NCBI GenBank assembly: GCA_965645245.1
Contig: OZ287074.1
Span: 1,736,001-1,800,000 of the forward strand
Reading direction: 5' to 3'
DNA length: 64,000 nt
Source: Massalongia carnosa
Lineage: Eukaryota
In this document: positions 45,643 through 57,356 of the stretch, piece after piece
Position numbering within the stretch: position 1 is the stretch's first letter
How the letters are laid out: the number at the start of each line of letters is the position of its first letter
Notes under the pieces: generated by a model
Told to the model about the DNA's origin: nothing
What the model saw: the letters and a program-made list of their open reading frames with translations, nothing else
Databases searched by the model: none
Position numbers and translations under genes: made by a program

Positions 45643-48600
45643 CTACCCTCCCAAGCCCAACTCCCACTCGATCTTCGCTGCGACTGTGGCCCTCTCCCGG
45701 TCATGCACGAACCTCAGCCCGCTCCCATCCTCCAATTGCAGCTTCTGGCTCGCGACCCTAAGCGCCAGGAAGAAACTGGGCAAGACGCTGCGAATCGTAT
45801 ACTGAAACCCGGCATGATAGATGTTTCCCCGATGGTTGCGCTCGCAGATCTCGAGCTGGACTTCGTTGACGAAGGCCGTGATGGCGTGCTCGGCGCCACT
45901 CATGATCTCTTCTTTGGAAGGGAGTTGGATGTTGCTGAGGGTGGGGGCCCTGCTTGGGAGGCTTGAGATGTTTGGGTTCTTTGAGGGATCATGGACCCCG
46001 TCTGGGTGGCTGTCGTCGCTGGTCGTGCGGTTTAAACTCGACCAAACTCTGACAACGCTCATGTGCAGATTTGCATGGGCGGAGATGGGAGCCACGGGCG
46101 CCAACGTTGGTTCAGGGAGCCCGGTCGGCGAGGTGTGGAACTCAGCATCGACTCCGAAAATCTCTTTAAGGTGTTCCGCGCGTCTCGCCCTCACCTTTGC
46201 AGGATTCAATGACGTGGGGTCTAAGTCAGTATAGAATTTAACCGGGCACAATGGTTCGCCACATTCGAGAATGCTGGCGCCATATGGACTTACGAATGGC
46301 GGGGTGAAATCTACTGAATGGGAGGATCGGGTGTACTGTACGGAAGGAAGGAATATGGATAGCAAAGTCTCGTGAACTGCAGCTTCTGAGAGTTTGGTGG
46401 TAGGTGCCAAGGCGACTGACGCCAACGGTTCTTTGAGTTGAATTGTGTGAAAAAATGTCTTAGGTGAGGTGTGGCCTTTCTGGGTGTATAAAGCCCAAAA
46501 GACGACAATTTGTAACCGCTCAACCATATCTCGTCTCGCAAGAGGAGTGAAGTGTTCCAGAAAGCGCACCACATCTTGCCGTTGGCCCAAGGCAGTTTTC
46601 AACTTATTCCAAAACCCTTCAGCTTGGAGTATGGAGGCTGAACCTAGATCTCGAGGAACACTTGAAGCGTTGAATTCGCGGTAGATCAACTGCAAGAATG
46701 GATATGTCCACTTTCCCGTTCGAGCTCTGTCTTGCAGCAGGTAGGACAACATATTCGTTACGACAAGCTGGATGAGCTTCGTCTGCAGCATTGCAGTTAC
46801 GGTTTCAGGACGAATGCCTAGTTCCAAAATATCGAACCAGCGCAGGATTTGATTGAATCCGGACAGAGGATACTGGATAACCCAACTGTCTAGCCCCATC
46901 TGCTCAAAATCTTTAGCAGCCCACTTCAGCGCTTGCGGATACTCTACCCACTTGCCCGTCTCGCTGAAGTTTTCACGAGCCTGGCAATTCTTCAGAAAAG
47001 TTTGGAGCATCCAGTTCAAGGAATCGTGACGCAGCGAGGTTTCCGGATCCTGATCGGCTATTTGGAGATGCGATTGGTCCGCGCACCAATGCTTTGTCTC
47101 CAGAGCGAGGTCCAAGATGGCCATGAATATCTGTCCAATACCTGAGATCCCGGTTTCAAGACCCGCGGTAACAGCGAGCGTGAGCTGATGATTCATATAT
47201 GGCTTGTTACAACCTTGATACCCCACCGTCGGTAGTATAGCGCTGAGAGCCTCCTTGAAAATCGACTTCTGGCAGAGTAAGGCGCATTGAAAGCAGATGA
47301 GCTGGCTGGATATCATGTCGGCGTTTTGCGGAGCTTGCGCTGCTGCTAGAGGAAAATTCAGAGCGAAATCGCTAGTATTATCTTCAACAGACTCTAAGGT
47401 CTTCAACACAACGGACATAATTTGGTCCTCGCCACAGCAGATGGAACAACTACTTCGGAAGGCATTCGCAAAGTCCGAGAGGTCCAAAAACGACAGATGT
47501 ATGTCAGCGTCAGCAGCACAGGTAACCGCCGCTCGTCGGGCACGGTTTGATTGACGGCTGATAAGCTCGGCGGTGTATCCTGCTTTTTCATAATAAGCCA
47601 ATGTGCTAAGACCGCGATCAATTAGCCGGTTGGTCTCCTTAGCCCTTAGGGCCTCTTCGCCGGGAGAACTCTTAAGATGAATATACGTCGCTCGATTTGC
47701 TGCATGAGCCTCACGTAACTCCTCCTTTAGTCTTTCAGCCTCATTTACGGAAATATCGGTGTTCTGCAATGCTTCTAGGATATTCTGAGCACCATGCCGA
47801 TCTTCAAACCGTACAGCAGTCTCCTCGCATCTGTGCCGCTTTAGAAGATTTCGAAGATCCTCAATCTGATTGCGCGTCTTACACACCACTGCTAGCTGAT
47901 TAATCGCCTCCTCCTCAAGCAGATTTGCAAGATCACTTGGTTCAAGGACCTTTTGTGAGAGGAGTTTGCCAACATCTACCAATGCATGTGTTGCCGAATC
48001 CCAGCGTGGGCCTAATGAAATTGATTTCGTAACTTGCCTGTCCTTTCCCGAGACGAGCGTAATACCCAGCTCTCCACAACGTCGCACAAGCTCGGCCTCA
48101 TTAGCATACTTAGGCAGAGATTTCCAACTACTCAGATCTATCGAGGAAGCCTTTTTAGTTGATCTTGCGAGGGGAGCGAAGGATCCTTTTGCAGCGATAA
48201 CGAATATCTCTTCAGATTTCCAATCTTTGAAAAGAACAAGTGCTTCCCTCGTAGTCGCAAAAAACGGGATCCCAACAGAGATATTAGTTTGATCAGGTGT
48301 TGAGGGTTTCCTTTGGACGATAACCAATACAACGGGGATATGAGTCAAGTTATACGCATCAGCCGATCTTGTAAGATTTTCAACCGCATAGGAAGCGATT
48401 TCGCCATCAGTTAGCAGATACCATATATCGCAGGTCCTGATCTCTTCCAAAGTTTTGTCCTGTTTTAAGATGGCTTCCGGTGAGGTGCCTCCTAGATCGC
48501 CTTTCATGGACGCTAGCGACACATGATCTATCAGGCATGGGTATTCGCAAGAAGAACCCCATTTGGCGTAGGTGTCTTTTTTGTTCGTGTGCGTCCCCAT

Positions 48601-48756
48601 CACAAATTGGCCTTCCGCATTGATAATGGCCCCAAATGTCGATCCCGACGCATCGATGGCGAAGAACTTTCTTGCTTCGGAAAGAGATATACGATTGTTG
48701 CTCTTTGGCTTGGTCGACACATCCGCAGCGAATTCTTTCCACTCTGATGAGACCAT
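45643..48756 (-). CDS. Uncharacterised 1037-aa intronless protein with an N-terminal vWA-like domain and Cys pairs
   Basis: 3.1-kb ORF with MIDAS-like FAIDASGST...GGTSP...YLLTDGEI, a coiled coil, and CSICC, CFQC and CGEPLC Cys clusters. Confidence 0.85.
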   Translation of the reverse strand: MVSSEWKEFAADVSTKPKSNNRISLSEARKFFAIDASGSTFGAIINAEGQFVMGTHTNKKDTYAKWGSSCEYPCLIDHVSLASMKGDLGGTSPEAILKQDKTLEEIRTCDIWYLLTDGEIASYAVENLTRSADAYNLTHIPVVLVIVQRKPSTPDQTNISVGIPFFATTREALVLFKDWKSEEIFVIAAKGSFAPLARSTKKASSIDLSSWKSLPKYANEAELVRRCGELGITLVSGKDRQVTKSISLGPRWDSATHALVDVGKLLSQKVLEPSDLANLLEEEAINQLAVVCKTRNQIEDLRNLLKRHRCEETAVRFEDRHGAQNILEALQNTDISVNEAERLKEELREAHAANRATYIHLKSSPGEEALRAKETNRLIDRGLSTLAYYEKAGYTAELISRQSNRARRAAVTCAADADIHLSFLDLSDFANAFRSSCSICCGEDQIMSVVLKTLESVEDNTSDFALNFPLAAAQAPQNADMISSQLICFQCALLCQKSIFKEALSAILPTVGYQGCNKPYMNHQLTLAVTAGLETGISGIGQIFMAILDLALETKHWCADQSHLQIADQDPETSLRHDSLNWMLQTFLKNCQARENFSETGKWVEYPQALKWAAKDFEQMGLDSWVIQYPLSGFNQILRWFDILELGIRPETVTAMLQTKLIQLVVTNMLSYLLQDRARTGKWTYPFLQLIYREFNASSVPRDLGSASILQAEGFWNKLKTALGQRQDVVRFLEHFTPLARRDMVERLQIVVFWALYTQKGHTSPKTFFHTIQLKEPLASVALAPTTKLSEAAVHETLLSIFLPSVQYTRSSHSVDFTPPFVSPYGASILECGEPLCPVKFYTDLDPTSLNPAKVRARRAEHLKEIFGVDAEFHTSPTGLPEPTLAPVAPISAHANLHMSVVRVWSSLNRTTSDDSHPDGVHDPSKNPNISSLPSRAPTLSNIQLPSKEEIMSGAEHAITAFVNEVQLEICERNHRGNIYHAGFQYTIRSVLPSFFLALRVASQKLQLEDGSGLRFVHDRERATVAAKIEWELGLGG

Positions 48757-49763
48757 GTTTTTTCAGATCTGTACCTGGTTGGATATGAAATATGATTTCG
48801 GTATTGAAATGGTGTTAGAAGAGATTGATCGATCAGTTCACAGTCGAAGACGACGAAACAAATGACCCGACACACCAACGCTTTAGGGCTGAAGGACTAT
48901 GATTGCAAATGATGAGTCAAAAAAGAAAAGTTTTGAATGAGTCAACAATGATTCATGAGGACGCCATGAGATTGTAGCCTTAAAACCACAGCTCGGTTTC
49001 TACTAAATACATTTGAAAGGCATAACTCAGTCCACAAATATTCCTTTGAGAAAAGGATCCAGTGCTGCTGCAAAAGGCAGCGGGAAAGTTGCAGCGGCGA
49101 GGCACTACCACGCCTACTCAGCATGAGCTACATGCCTACCTACCCTCAAGGCTACTAGCCATCCACTAGTCAGGTCGTAGGTTAGGTGTGTGTAGAGTAA
49201 GTATTCTGTATGTAAGTTAGTGCCTCTGCTACGCTTTACCGCGCATCAAACTTCAACAGCTTCCGCAGCATGAAAGTGAATGTGTGATGCGTGAGACCAG
49301 TATTTTGCAATTGTACTCTACAAGAATGAAGAATGAAAGATCTTGAAGTCACGTGAATGTCAAGAGGCTGTGTTATTTCCACTCAGACATTAGCTTATTT
49401 TGGTAGCTATTAAAACGCTGAAATTTACTACGGCAAAACGACTCAAATAGTATTGGAAGAATAGGAATACGACTCTTCTACCTACTCTCGGATAATTACT
49501 AATTAGCGTGTTGCAAATAGATGAATACGAATAGTGGCTGCTACTCCAGCCTCGATACTATATATACTCAGTACTCTATGCTGTGCCCCTTACTTGACCG
49601 CTGCTCTCGCGCAGCCAACGCAATCCATGGTGGCCAAGCCATTTTGATCCACCATATATCAACTCCAATTTACTCACGGGGTAGACATGTGGAGACATAG
49701 GCCCTTTCTGCAGGGTTGCGCAGCAGCAGAGGATTAACTCTCCCGTATGAGCGATTGCTCAAC

Positions 49764-51644
49764 ATGTTCACGACCTATACTGACACAAGTTCACAACAGG
49801 CCGGCTTGTGGCCGCGCTTTTCAACATCTCTGATGCGTAGAGCAGGGAGCACCCATATTGAGGATTCGTCGGAGGTTCATGCCCCGTCGGTGCTGCGTAC
49901 CTCCAAGCTCATCCAGCAATCTTTTGAGTTGGCAGACTTTACCGAATCCTTCGAATATTCTTTCAGCGATAGAATAGGGGACGAACGAAGGGACGAGTCA
50001 GATGATGAAGCAGCTGGAAAAGAGAGGCCTGAGAACGGCCGAAGACACAGTAGCCCAGTCGATTCAAATTTCATTCTTTACACCCCCGACGAAGAGAGAG
50101 CGGTGATCAAGGTACTCGATCGTAGGCTTGTGTTGTTTATTGCCCTTCTCTACATGCTTAGTTTTTTAGATCGGTCTAGTACGTTCAATCTCATCAATGG
50201 CGGAACTGGAATCTCTCGATTAATCCAGGACAGATATTGGCAATGCAAAGATTGCGGGCTTATATGAAGATCTGTCTCTCGACTCTTCCAAGTATGAGTG
50301 GCTACTACGAGCCTTTTATATTACTTACATTTTGTTTGAGTGGATGACACTTCTATACCGGGTGATACCCGCACATGCCTACATTGCCATATGTGTTGCG
50401 TCGTGGGGCCTTATGGCGTCTTTGCAATCTATCGCAACATCTTTTTCCTCGTTATTGATTCTCCGTGCGCTTCTTGGGATTAGCGAAGCAGCGTTCGGCC
50501 CCGGCGTACCATTCTACCTTTCGTTCTTCTACAAACGTGATGAGCTTGCGTTTAGGACTGGGCTTTTCATATCCGCGGCGCCGCTGGCAATTTCGTTTGC
50601 AAGTAGCCTCGCATGGGCTATTACCAAAGCTAGCGCGTTCGTTCCGATTGCTCCATGGCGGATGCTGTTCCTGGTTGAGGGCTTTCCCAGTATTGTGGTT
50701 GCTGTATTCGCCTGGTATAACATCCCTGATAGTCCGGGAACTGCACGGTATCTGTCTCGAAGGTTGAGAAAGGTTGCCACAATCAGATTGCGAAAGGAGA
50801 AGATTGTCACTGGCATGGAGCAGGAGAAAAGAGGGCTGAGTTGGAAAGAAATCTTGGAAACGCTGAAGGATCCCAAGTGCTATTTAACCGCTGTATGTCA
50901 ACATAGTCTCTGTTGTCCATCCTCCACGCTGATGTGTCTTCCCAGGCTATGTTCTTTTGCTGTAATGTAGCATTCAGCTCACTGCCAGTTTTCCTACCAA
51001 CCATCATCGAAGAGTACGTCGCTCGCTTTCATCCCCGTAAGTCTCCTTGACTAAATGCTTACAGGATGGGCCATTCTGCATTGAAATCTCAAGCTCTCGC
51101 CGCACCACCATACCTAGTTGCATTCTCCCTCGTACTGTTAACCACCTACCTCTCAGACCGCTACCGCAACCGAACCCTGTTTGTTCTATTCCACTCGCTT
51201 TTGGCTGCATTCGGCTACGCCGTGATAGCCGTCGCCGGATGGCAACAGGCCAGCGCGGCATGGCGCTACGCCGGCATTTTCCCATCCACCACCGGCTTCT
51301 TCTCCGCCATCACCATCATCATCACCTGGACCATAAACAACCAGGAAACGGATTCCAAGAAGGGGACCGGCGTCGCCATGCTCAATGTGATCGGCCAGCT
51401 CGGACCGCTGGTGGGCGTTCACCTGTACCCGGCGAGCGACGGGCCCTATTACGTCCGCGGCATGGCGATTTGCGCTGGGTTCATGGCCGCGGTCGCGGTG
51501 CTGGCGGTGCTGCTTTCAGGGTTTCTCGCGAGGGAAAACTGGAAGCTGGAAGATCGGTATGGGGTAGTTGAATGCGAAGATGAGGGTTTGGTGGAAGGGA
51601 GTCGGAAGGGCAAAGCGGTGGAGCGCTTCAAGTTTATGTTATGA
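49764..51644 (+). CDS. MFS transporter, anion:cation symporter (Tna1/Dal5-like) family
   Basis: LDRRLVLFIALLYMLSFLDRS|NIGNAKIAG, LRALLGISEAAFGPGVPFYLSFFYKRDELAFR, WRMLFLVEGFP, QALAAPPY; 3 introns; start codon uncertain. Confidence 0.9.
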
Positions 51645-51744
51645 GATGAAGCGGAGCAACGCAGAGTAGTAATAAATTTTAAATTCTGGGTCATCATGTG
51701 CGACGCTAGGGGGGATCGGGTAGCGATCCCCACTTAAATCCTAA

Positions 51745-52871
51745 TCAGCTCTCATCCAAAGGCGTTGCATCCATCTTGATGCCCGCCTCCTCGCTCACCC
51801 TCCTCACCACTTCCCTCAGCGCCGCACACGCGGGACTGTCCGGGAAATTTTCAAAGAAGCTTTCACCGTAATCGCAGGCCATGCCGATGCGCGGGTCCAG
51901 TGGCACCGCACCCAGGAACGGAATCCCCATCTCCGCGGCCAGCCGGCGCGCCCCCCCCGTCGTGGCCTTGAAGATCTGCGACTCGTGTGCGCAGTTCGGA
52001 CACACGAAGCCCGACATGTTCTCCACAACGCCGAGCACACGGATGCTGGCCTTGCGGCAAAAGTCGATTTCCTTGCGCACGTCTAGCAGGCTGACTTCCT
52101 GCGGCGTCGTCACCACCACCGCGCCGTCAACGCCGGACTGCTTGAGATAGGTGTTCACGCTCAGGTGCTCATCGCTAGTGCCCGGCGGCGTGTCGACCAG
52201 CAGGCAGTCCAAGTCGCCCCATTCGACGTCCTTAAGAAAACGCTTGATGAGCCCGTTCTTCTTCGGTCCGCGCCAGATCACCGCGTCGTCTCGCCCCGGT
52301 AGCAGGAACTGCACGCTCATGACGCCCAGGTTGTCGGCAACCCACACGGGACTCCAGCCAGCGTTGCTGACGTGCACCGACTCCGCCGGCGCCACGCCCA
52401 TCATCGTCGGGATGCTGGGGCCGCAGATGTCCGTGTCCATAACCCCGACCGTGCGAGTGGGGTTGGCCGCGAACGCCCAAGCCAGCATCGCCGTGAAGGT
52501 TGATTTCCCCACGCCCCCTTTACCACTAAGGATGAGGATCTTGTGCTTTATCCCGCCTAGTTGCGATGTGATGAGGGGGATGTCTGGGTCGGACCCCTTG
52601 GGGGCGGTGGCGCAGATAGATTGGTTGGGGCAGCCGGCGCAGGCATCGCCTTGACCGGCGAGGCTGGATTCAGGCCCAGGGCAGTGTTCTGTGAAGATGA
52701 GGTGGGTTAGGGGGATAAGATGAAGATGGGTAAACGGATAGGAAGGGTGTGTGGTGGGAGGAGGGGGGGGAAGTGGATGGTTTTACCTGGTTCTGGGGCT
52801 ACAAGCTTCGGAGCTGCTTTTAGCGGGGCACTGAGATCGACCTGAATCGGCTCTTCTAGAGAAGGAACCAT
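51745..52871 (-). CDS. NBP35: Cytosolic Fe-S cluster assembly factor Nbp35
   Basis: N-terminal EHCPGPES...[11 protein letters not shown]-loop [49 protein letters not shown]; one intron at about 52689-52786. Confidence 0.96.
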
Positions 52872-53473
52872 GGTGATATGGGCTTCAAAGAGTTCTACAA
52901 GGGATAGAGGAATGTATCAAGATGCATGACTGGAGGAGAGAGGTGGTGCGTTACTTCACGAGATGAATAGTTTGCTGACATGATCAACAATCGGCGGCTT
53001 CGGGCTGGGGAGAGTGAACCGAGAACCGGGCCGCTAAGAGGCTCGGGTAAATCGTTGCGTTAGCATGCTCCGGCTAGCCGGTTACCGTTTTGGTTGGTGC
53101 CTCTCGGAAGGGTTTGCCCCCACACACAAGCGATCCCTCGTGTCGGGAAAAGCTTCCCTATTCTCGCAAAGCGACAATCCGTCAAACAGGTTCATTGAAC
53201 ATAAAAATCACTTGGGCAACAACATGCAACATGCAGACGTGGTGCCGTACAACTCACTCTTCACTAATTGGACCTGTTGGAGCAATCTTTGTACCCCTAC
53301 CGACTGAGAGCTCTGCTTTTGTGATCGTTGAGCACGTCACTCACAGAACATCGATAATAAGAACACCCAGATCCCCAATTTCTTTCCATTGCCTTGTTTG
53401 AAGGCGCACGCTAGAAACTTGAGAAACTCGACCTTGGTATAGTATTGATCCAAAACGTCCCACCTTCGCGACA

Positions 53474-56400
53474 ATGGATGGCAGCATCGACGAAACCTTA
53501 GCCGGTGATGGCCTACGAGAACGGAAAGCCGCTCAGTGCCGCGAAGAGCAAGGAAACGGCATGAAAGAGGAGGTAGCCAGTAAAGAGAAGGCGGCGAGAT
53601 ACAAGAGAACCATTGGCAAGACACCAGACGGTTCTGGTGAGTCAAAAATCCCAATGCCAATGCGCGTATGCAAAGATGAAGCTATACTACAGTTTAGCCT
53701 GCCTATGCACGCGGACCAGACGGATATCCTGCCGGAGTGGAGACGCAATTCTTCCTCTGCATCGGGTGTTGTTCTTCAATATAGACTCAACTGATGTCTC
53801 GGTAGTCTTCACCGTCCCGCAAACCCATGATATGGTCTCTCAGCTTCTCTCCCCTTCTCAACCAAAGAATCTTTCCGATCTTCTTGTGCTAGCAGCTTTG
53901 GGCTTACATATCCTGCTCTTTTGCTTTCTTCCATCTACCATGCGGATATCATTCTTCGCGACTGTCTTTCTGTTTTGGCGGGCTGGCTACAATATTGGCA
54001 TAGGGTATCTGCTTCACGTTCAATCTCGCCACCGGAGACTTGTAGCATGGGCGAAGAAGTCTAAAATCTTCGTTGATCCAAAAACAGGTGGAAATCCTCG
54101 CCCAGTTCTGTATAAAATTTTGAAAAAAGAGATGGAGACTAAAATCCCGAAAGACTACACCTTCGAGGATACCCCGATAGAATACAATACATGGTTAGTA
54201 TTTCGACGTGTGGTAGACTTGATCCTAATGTGTGATTTTGTTTCCTACTGCCTTTTCGCCATATCATGTGGCTGCAAGCCCGTCGGTGAAAGTGTTTTTC
54301 TGACCGCTATTCGATGGCTGACAGGCTTGGGATTGTTTGGCTTTAACTTGTGGGTTAAGCTTGATGCTCATCGAGTCGTGAAAGATTACGCGTGGTATTG
54401 GGGCGACTTTTTCTATCTCATCGATCAGGAGCTGACCTTTGATGGGGTCTTTGAGATGGCTCCGCATCCCATGTACTCGGTGGGCTATGCGGGATACTAT
54501 GGCATATCGTTGATGGCTGCAAGCTATAAAGTGCTTTTCATATCCATCATTGCACATGCTGCTCAATTCGCGTTTCTCATTTGGGTGGAGAATCCGCATA
54601 TCGAAAAGACCTACAATTCTCCTCCACCACGCAAGCATCTTTCGGAGTCTGACCTCAATCCTGACCATTTCCATGGAACGGGAGTAGAACCGGAGGTGGA
54701 CGACTTGTCTGCTGTAGCGCCGCCAATCACGGTTCATAAGCTCATGGGCATTAGCAGCATTGACCTCCATAGAGTCATAAATAGCTCGATGATCCTGTTA
54801 CAGATCTGTCTGGCGGCTTTAGTGGTAGTAACGCCGTCGACTCCGCTATACCAGAATTTATTTGTCATCAACGCTGTCCTGTGGCGCCTTTGGTTTTCCG
54901 TAGGCATTGGATTCATACTCAATCGTCAATCCACCCGAAAGAGATGGACCCGCCATTTTTTGAAATACGGCGATAGCACTGAAGAAGCCTGGCGCCAATG
55001 GAAAGGAACCTACCATCTAAGCGTGACGATGTGTCATGCAAGCTTCATTGCAGCGGCATGGAAAACTTACTCTCTCCCGGTTGACTGGGACTACGGGCTG
55101 GTGCTCTTGAAGCATGTCGTGGGCACGGGCTTGATATCTCTACAGATTTGGACGGCAGTCAGCATCTATGAATCACTTGGTGAATTTGGCTGGTTTTTTG
55201 GGGACTTCTTCTTCGATCACTCGGCGAAACTTACGTACAGCGGCATATACCGTTACCTGAACAACCCAGAGAGAGTGATTGGTTTGGCTGGCGTCTGGGG
55301 GGCTGTCTTGATTACCAGCAGCAGTTCAATCTTCTTCCTCGCCTTGCTTAGCCATATCCTCACCCTCTGCTTCATTCAATTCGTGGAGCGTCCTCATATG
55401 CAGAAGCTATACGGTCGAAACTTGCGAAGAGAGTCCGGCTTTGTCAAGAGTCTCAAGCGATCCCTTCCTCCTCCGATTCAGAAACTGCAGGGCAGCGTGG
55501 ACAAGATGCTAGCAGAGACTCTTGATTTTGTGGAAGAATTCGTGGATGCGGCCAAACCGAAAATTGCAGCTGGAGTGAACCTTATCGTCAAAGATTCGAC
55601 TGCGATTTTCAAGCATCCAACCCGCCTCAGCGTCACGAGACTGGCACCAGATCTTGCAGGTTATGATCCCCGAGACTATTCACTTGAGATTGAAGGCACG
55701 CCATCAGCCTCATCTCGGACCAGCTGGCAAATTGAAATGATCCGTAGAGCCCAGGCGAACCAACAGCTTCCAGCCGAGTTCCAGACCCTGTCCTTTGAGT
55801 ACGGCACGCCCATCAAGGTTCGGTGGACAGCGCCCCCGAATCACAGCAAGAAAGATTGGGTAGGGCTTTATAGGGTAGCGGATAACGGGTCTCGTGAAGT
55901 CACCAGGATCGCTTCTCATGGACGATGGGTAGCCACCAACAAAGACGAATACGATTCGATTATTTGCGATTGCGGCATACTAACGAGCGACATGCCCATC
56001 TCGGGGGATTGTCGCCGCGACGGCGAAAACATAGACTACCTTACCGGAGAAATGGAATTTAGCGGTGACAAACTCTGGTGGACCACCGGTGTATTTGAGT
56101 TTCGATACCATCACGATGGAAAGTATACTGTCATGGCTGTCTCTCTTCCATTTGAGATTCGCATCAACAAGTTTGACGAAGAAAAGGTGGAAGTCGATGC
56201 CAATGGGCGGATTCGAGGAGCGGTGGAAGATGCTCTGTTGCATCTAGTGCAGAACTGCCTTGATCGAGACCCGGATATAGCCCCCCGGGATGCGCTTGAC
56301 GGGTTCGGAGATGTGGTGGAGAGAAACGGCTGTTATGCCAAGAGAATCGTGTTTGCGGTACACCAAATGTGAGCTTGAGCATTGGTTTGGCGGTCTCGGC

Positions 56401-56695
56401 TGCCCTGTACTAAACAAAGCACAGGTTTGGCATCGAGTTCGCCCCTGAGGTTGTGCGAGCCGATGGAAACGTACGTCTCTGATATCAGAAAGATATCGCC
56501 CCACGGTGGGGACGAAAGTTCTGACATTTACATAGGTGCGAAACCTGGCATGGCGGATTTGCAGCGCAAAGAAGGTCTTGGTAGGCTCCTCCAGCTCTCT
56601 TGCATGTCTGTTCCTGCGCTGACCAGAAATTTTAGGCGCCTTACTCCCTTTCTCCTTCGCGCGGTACAAACACACCAACGCAGATCATTTACTAA
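53474..56695 (+). CDS. CHO2: Phosphatidylethanolamine N-methyltransferase
   Basis: [81 protein letters not shown]; three short 3' exons ending APYS...IIY*. Confidence 0.96.
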
Positions 56696-57356
56696 TTCCA
56701 ACACCTAATTCACGCTCATTGAGAGCTATGAAGGCTCTTTGTACATGCTCTACAGAAAGGGATCTGACCAGGCTGTATGTAGTTGGGAGGTCTTAAGCGA
56801 CGTACAAATTGAGCACTAGTTGATACCCTTTGCCACGTAATTTTTCTCTTTTGTAAATGCAAGATTGCCTCTGGCCTGAAGCTCTTGATCATGATAAGGT
56901 TGCGATTCCTGATCTCAAGGGGTTACACATATTTTAAAAGGGGATCGGCCGGATAGCAGGAGATTAGCTCGTCCATACAATGATTTTGATGAAAAGGAGA
57001 GATTTCATGATCCTCAAAAGCTGATAATGTTCTGTAGAGGATGGACAGCGTGACTGCTTTCTTGATGTAGTAACGAAGCTCTGACGCGCTAAGGCCATTT
57101 CAAGAACAAGGAACCACAAACGCTAAGGCTCGCTAAACTCTTCCGTTGACTCGAGCTCCAAATCCCATCCGGACATTTCTACTTTACAGAGTAACTGGTG
57201 CTCAGGAACAAGAAAACAGAGAACGAAGGAAATAAGCTCAACTGTGGACATATCAAGGTGGCATCCCTTTTGAGGCCCTTGCAGCTGCATTGCCTTTCCT
57301 ACCAGCTTCTCCGAAGTTCTGGCACTGCAAGATATCTTCAAACGCCTAGACTCGCC

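Noticed and set aside
51047..52654. Multiple overlapping or antisense ORFs over MFS and NBP35 (similarly over ARC1/GCP4)
   Set aside because: Shadow ORFs explained by high GC and codon bias of the real genes.
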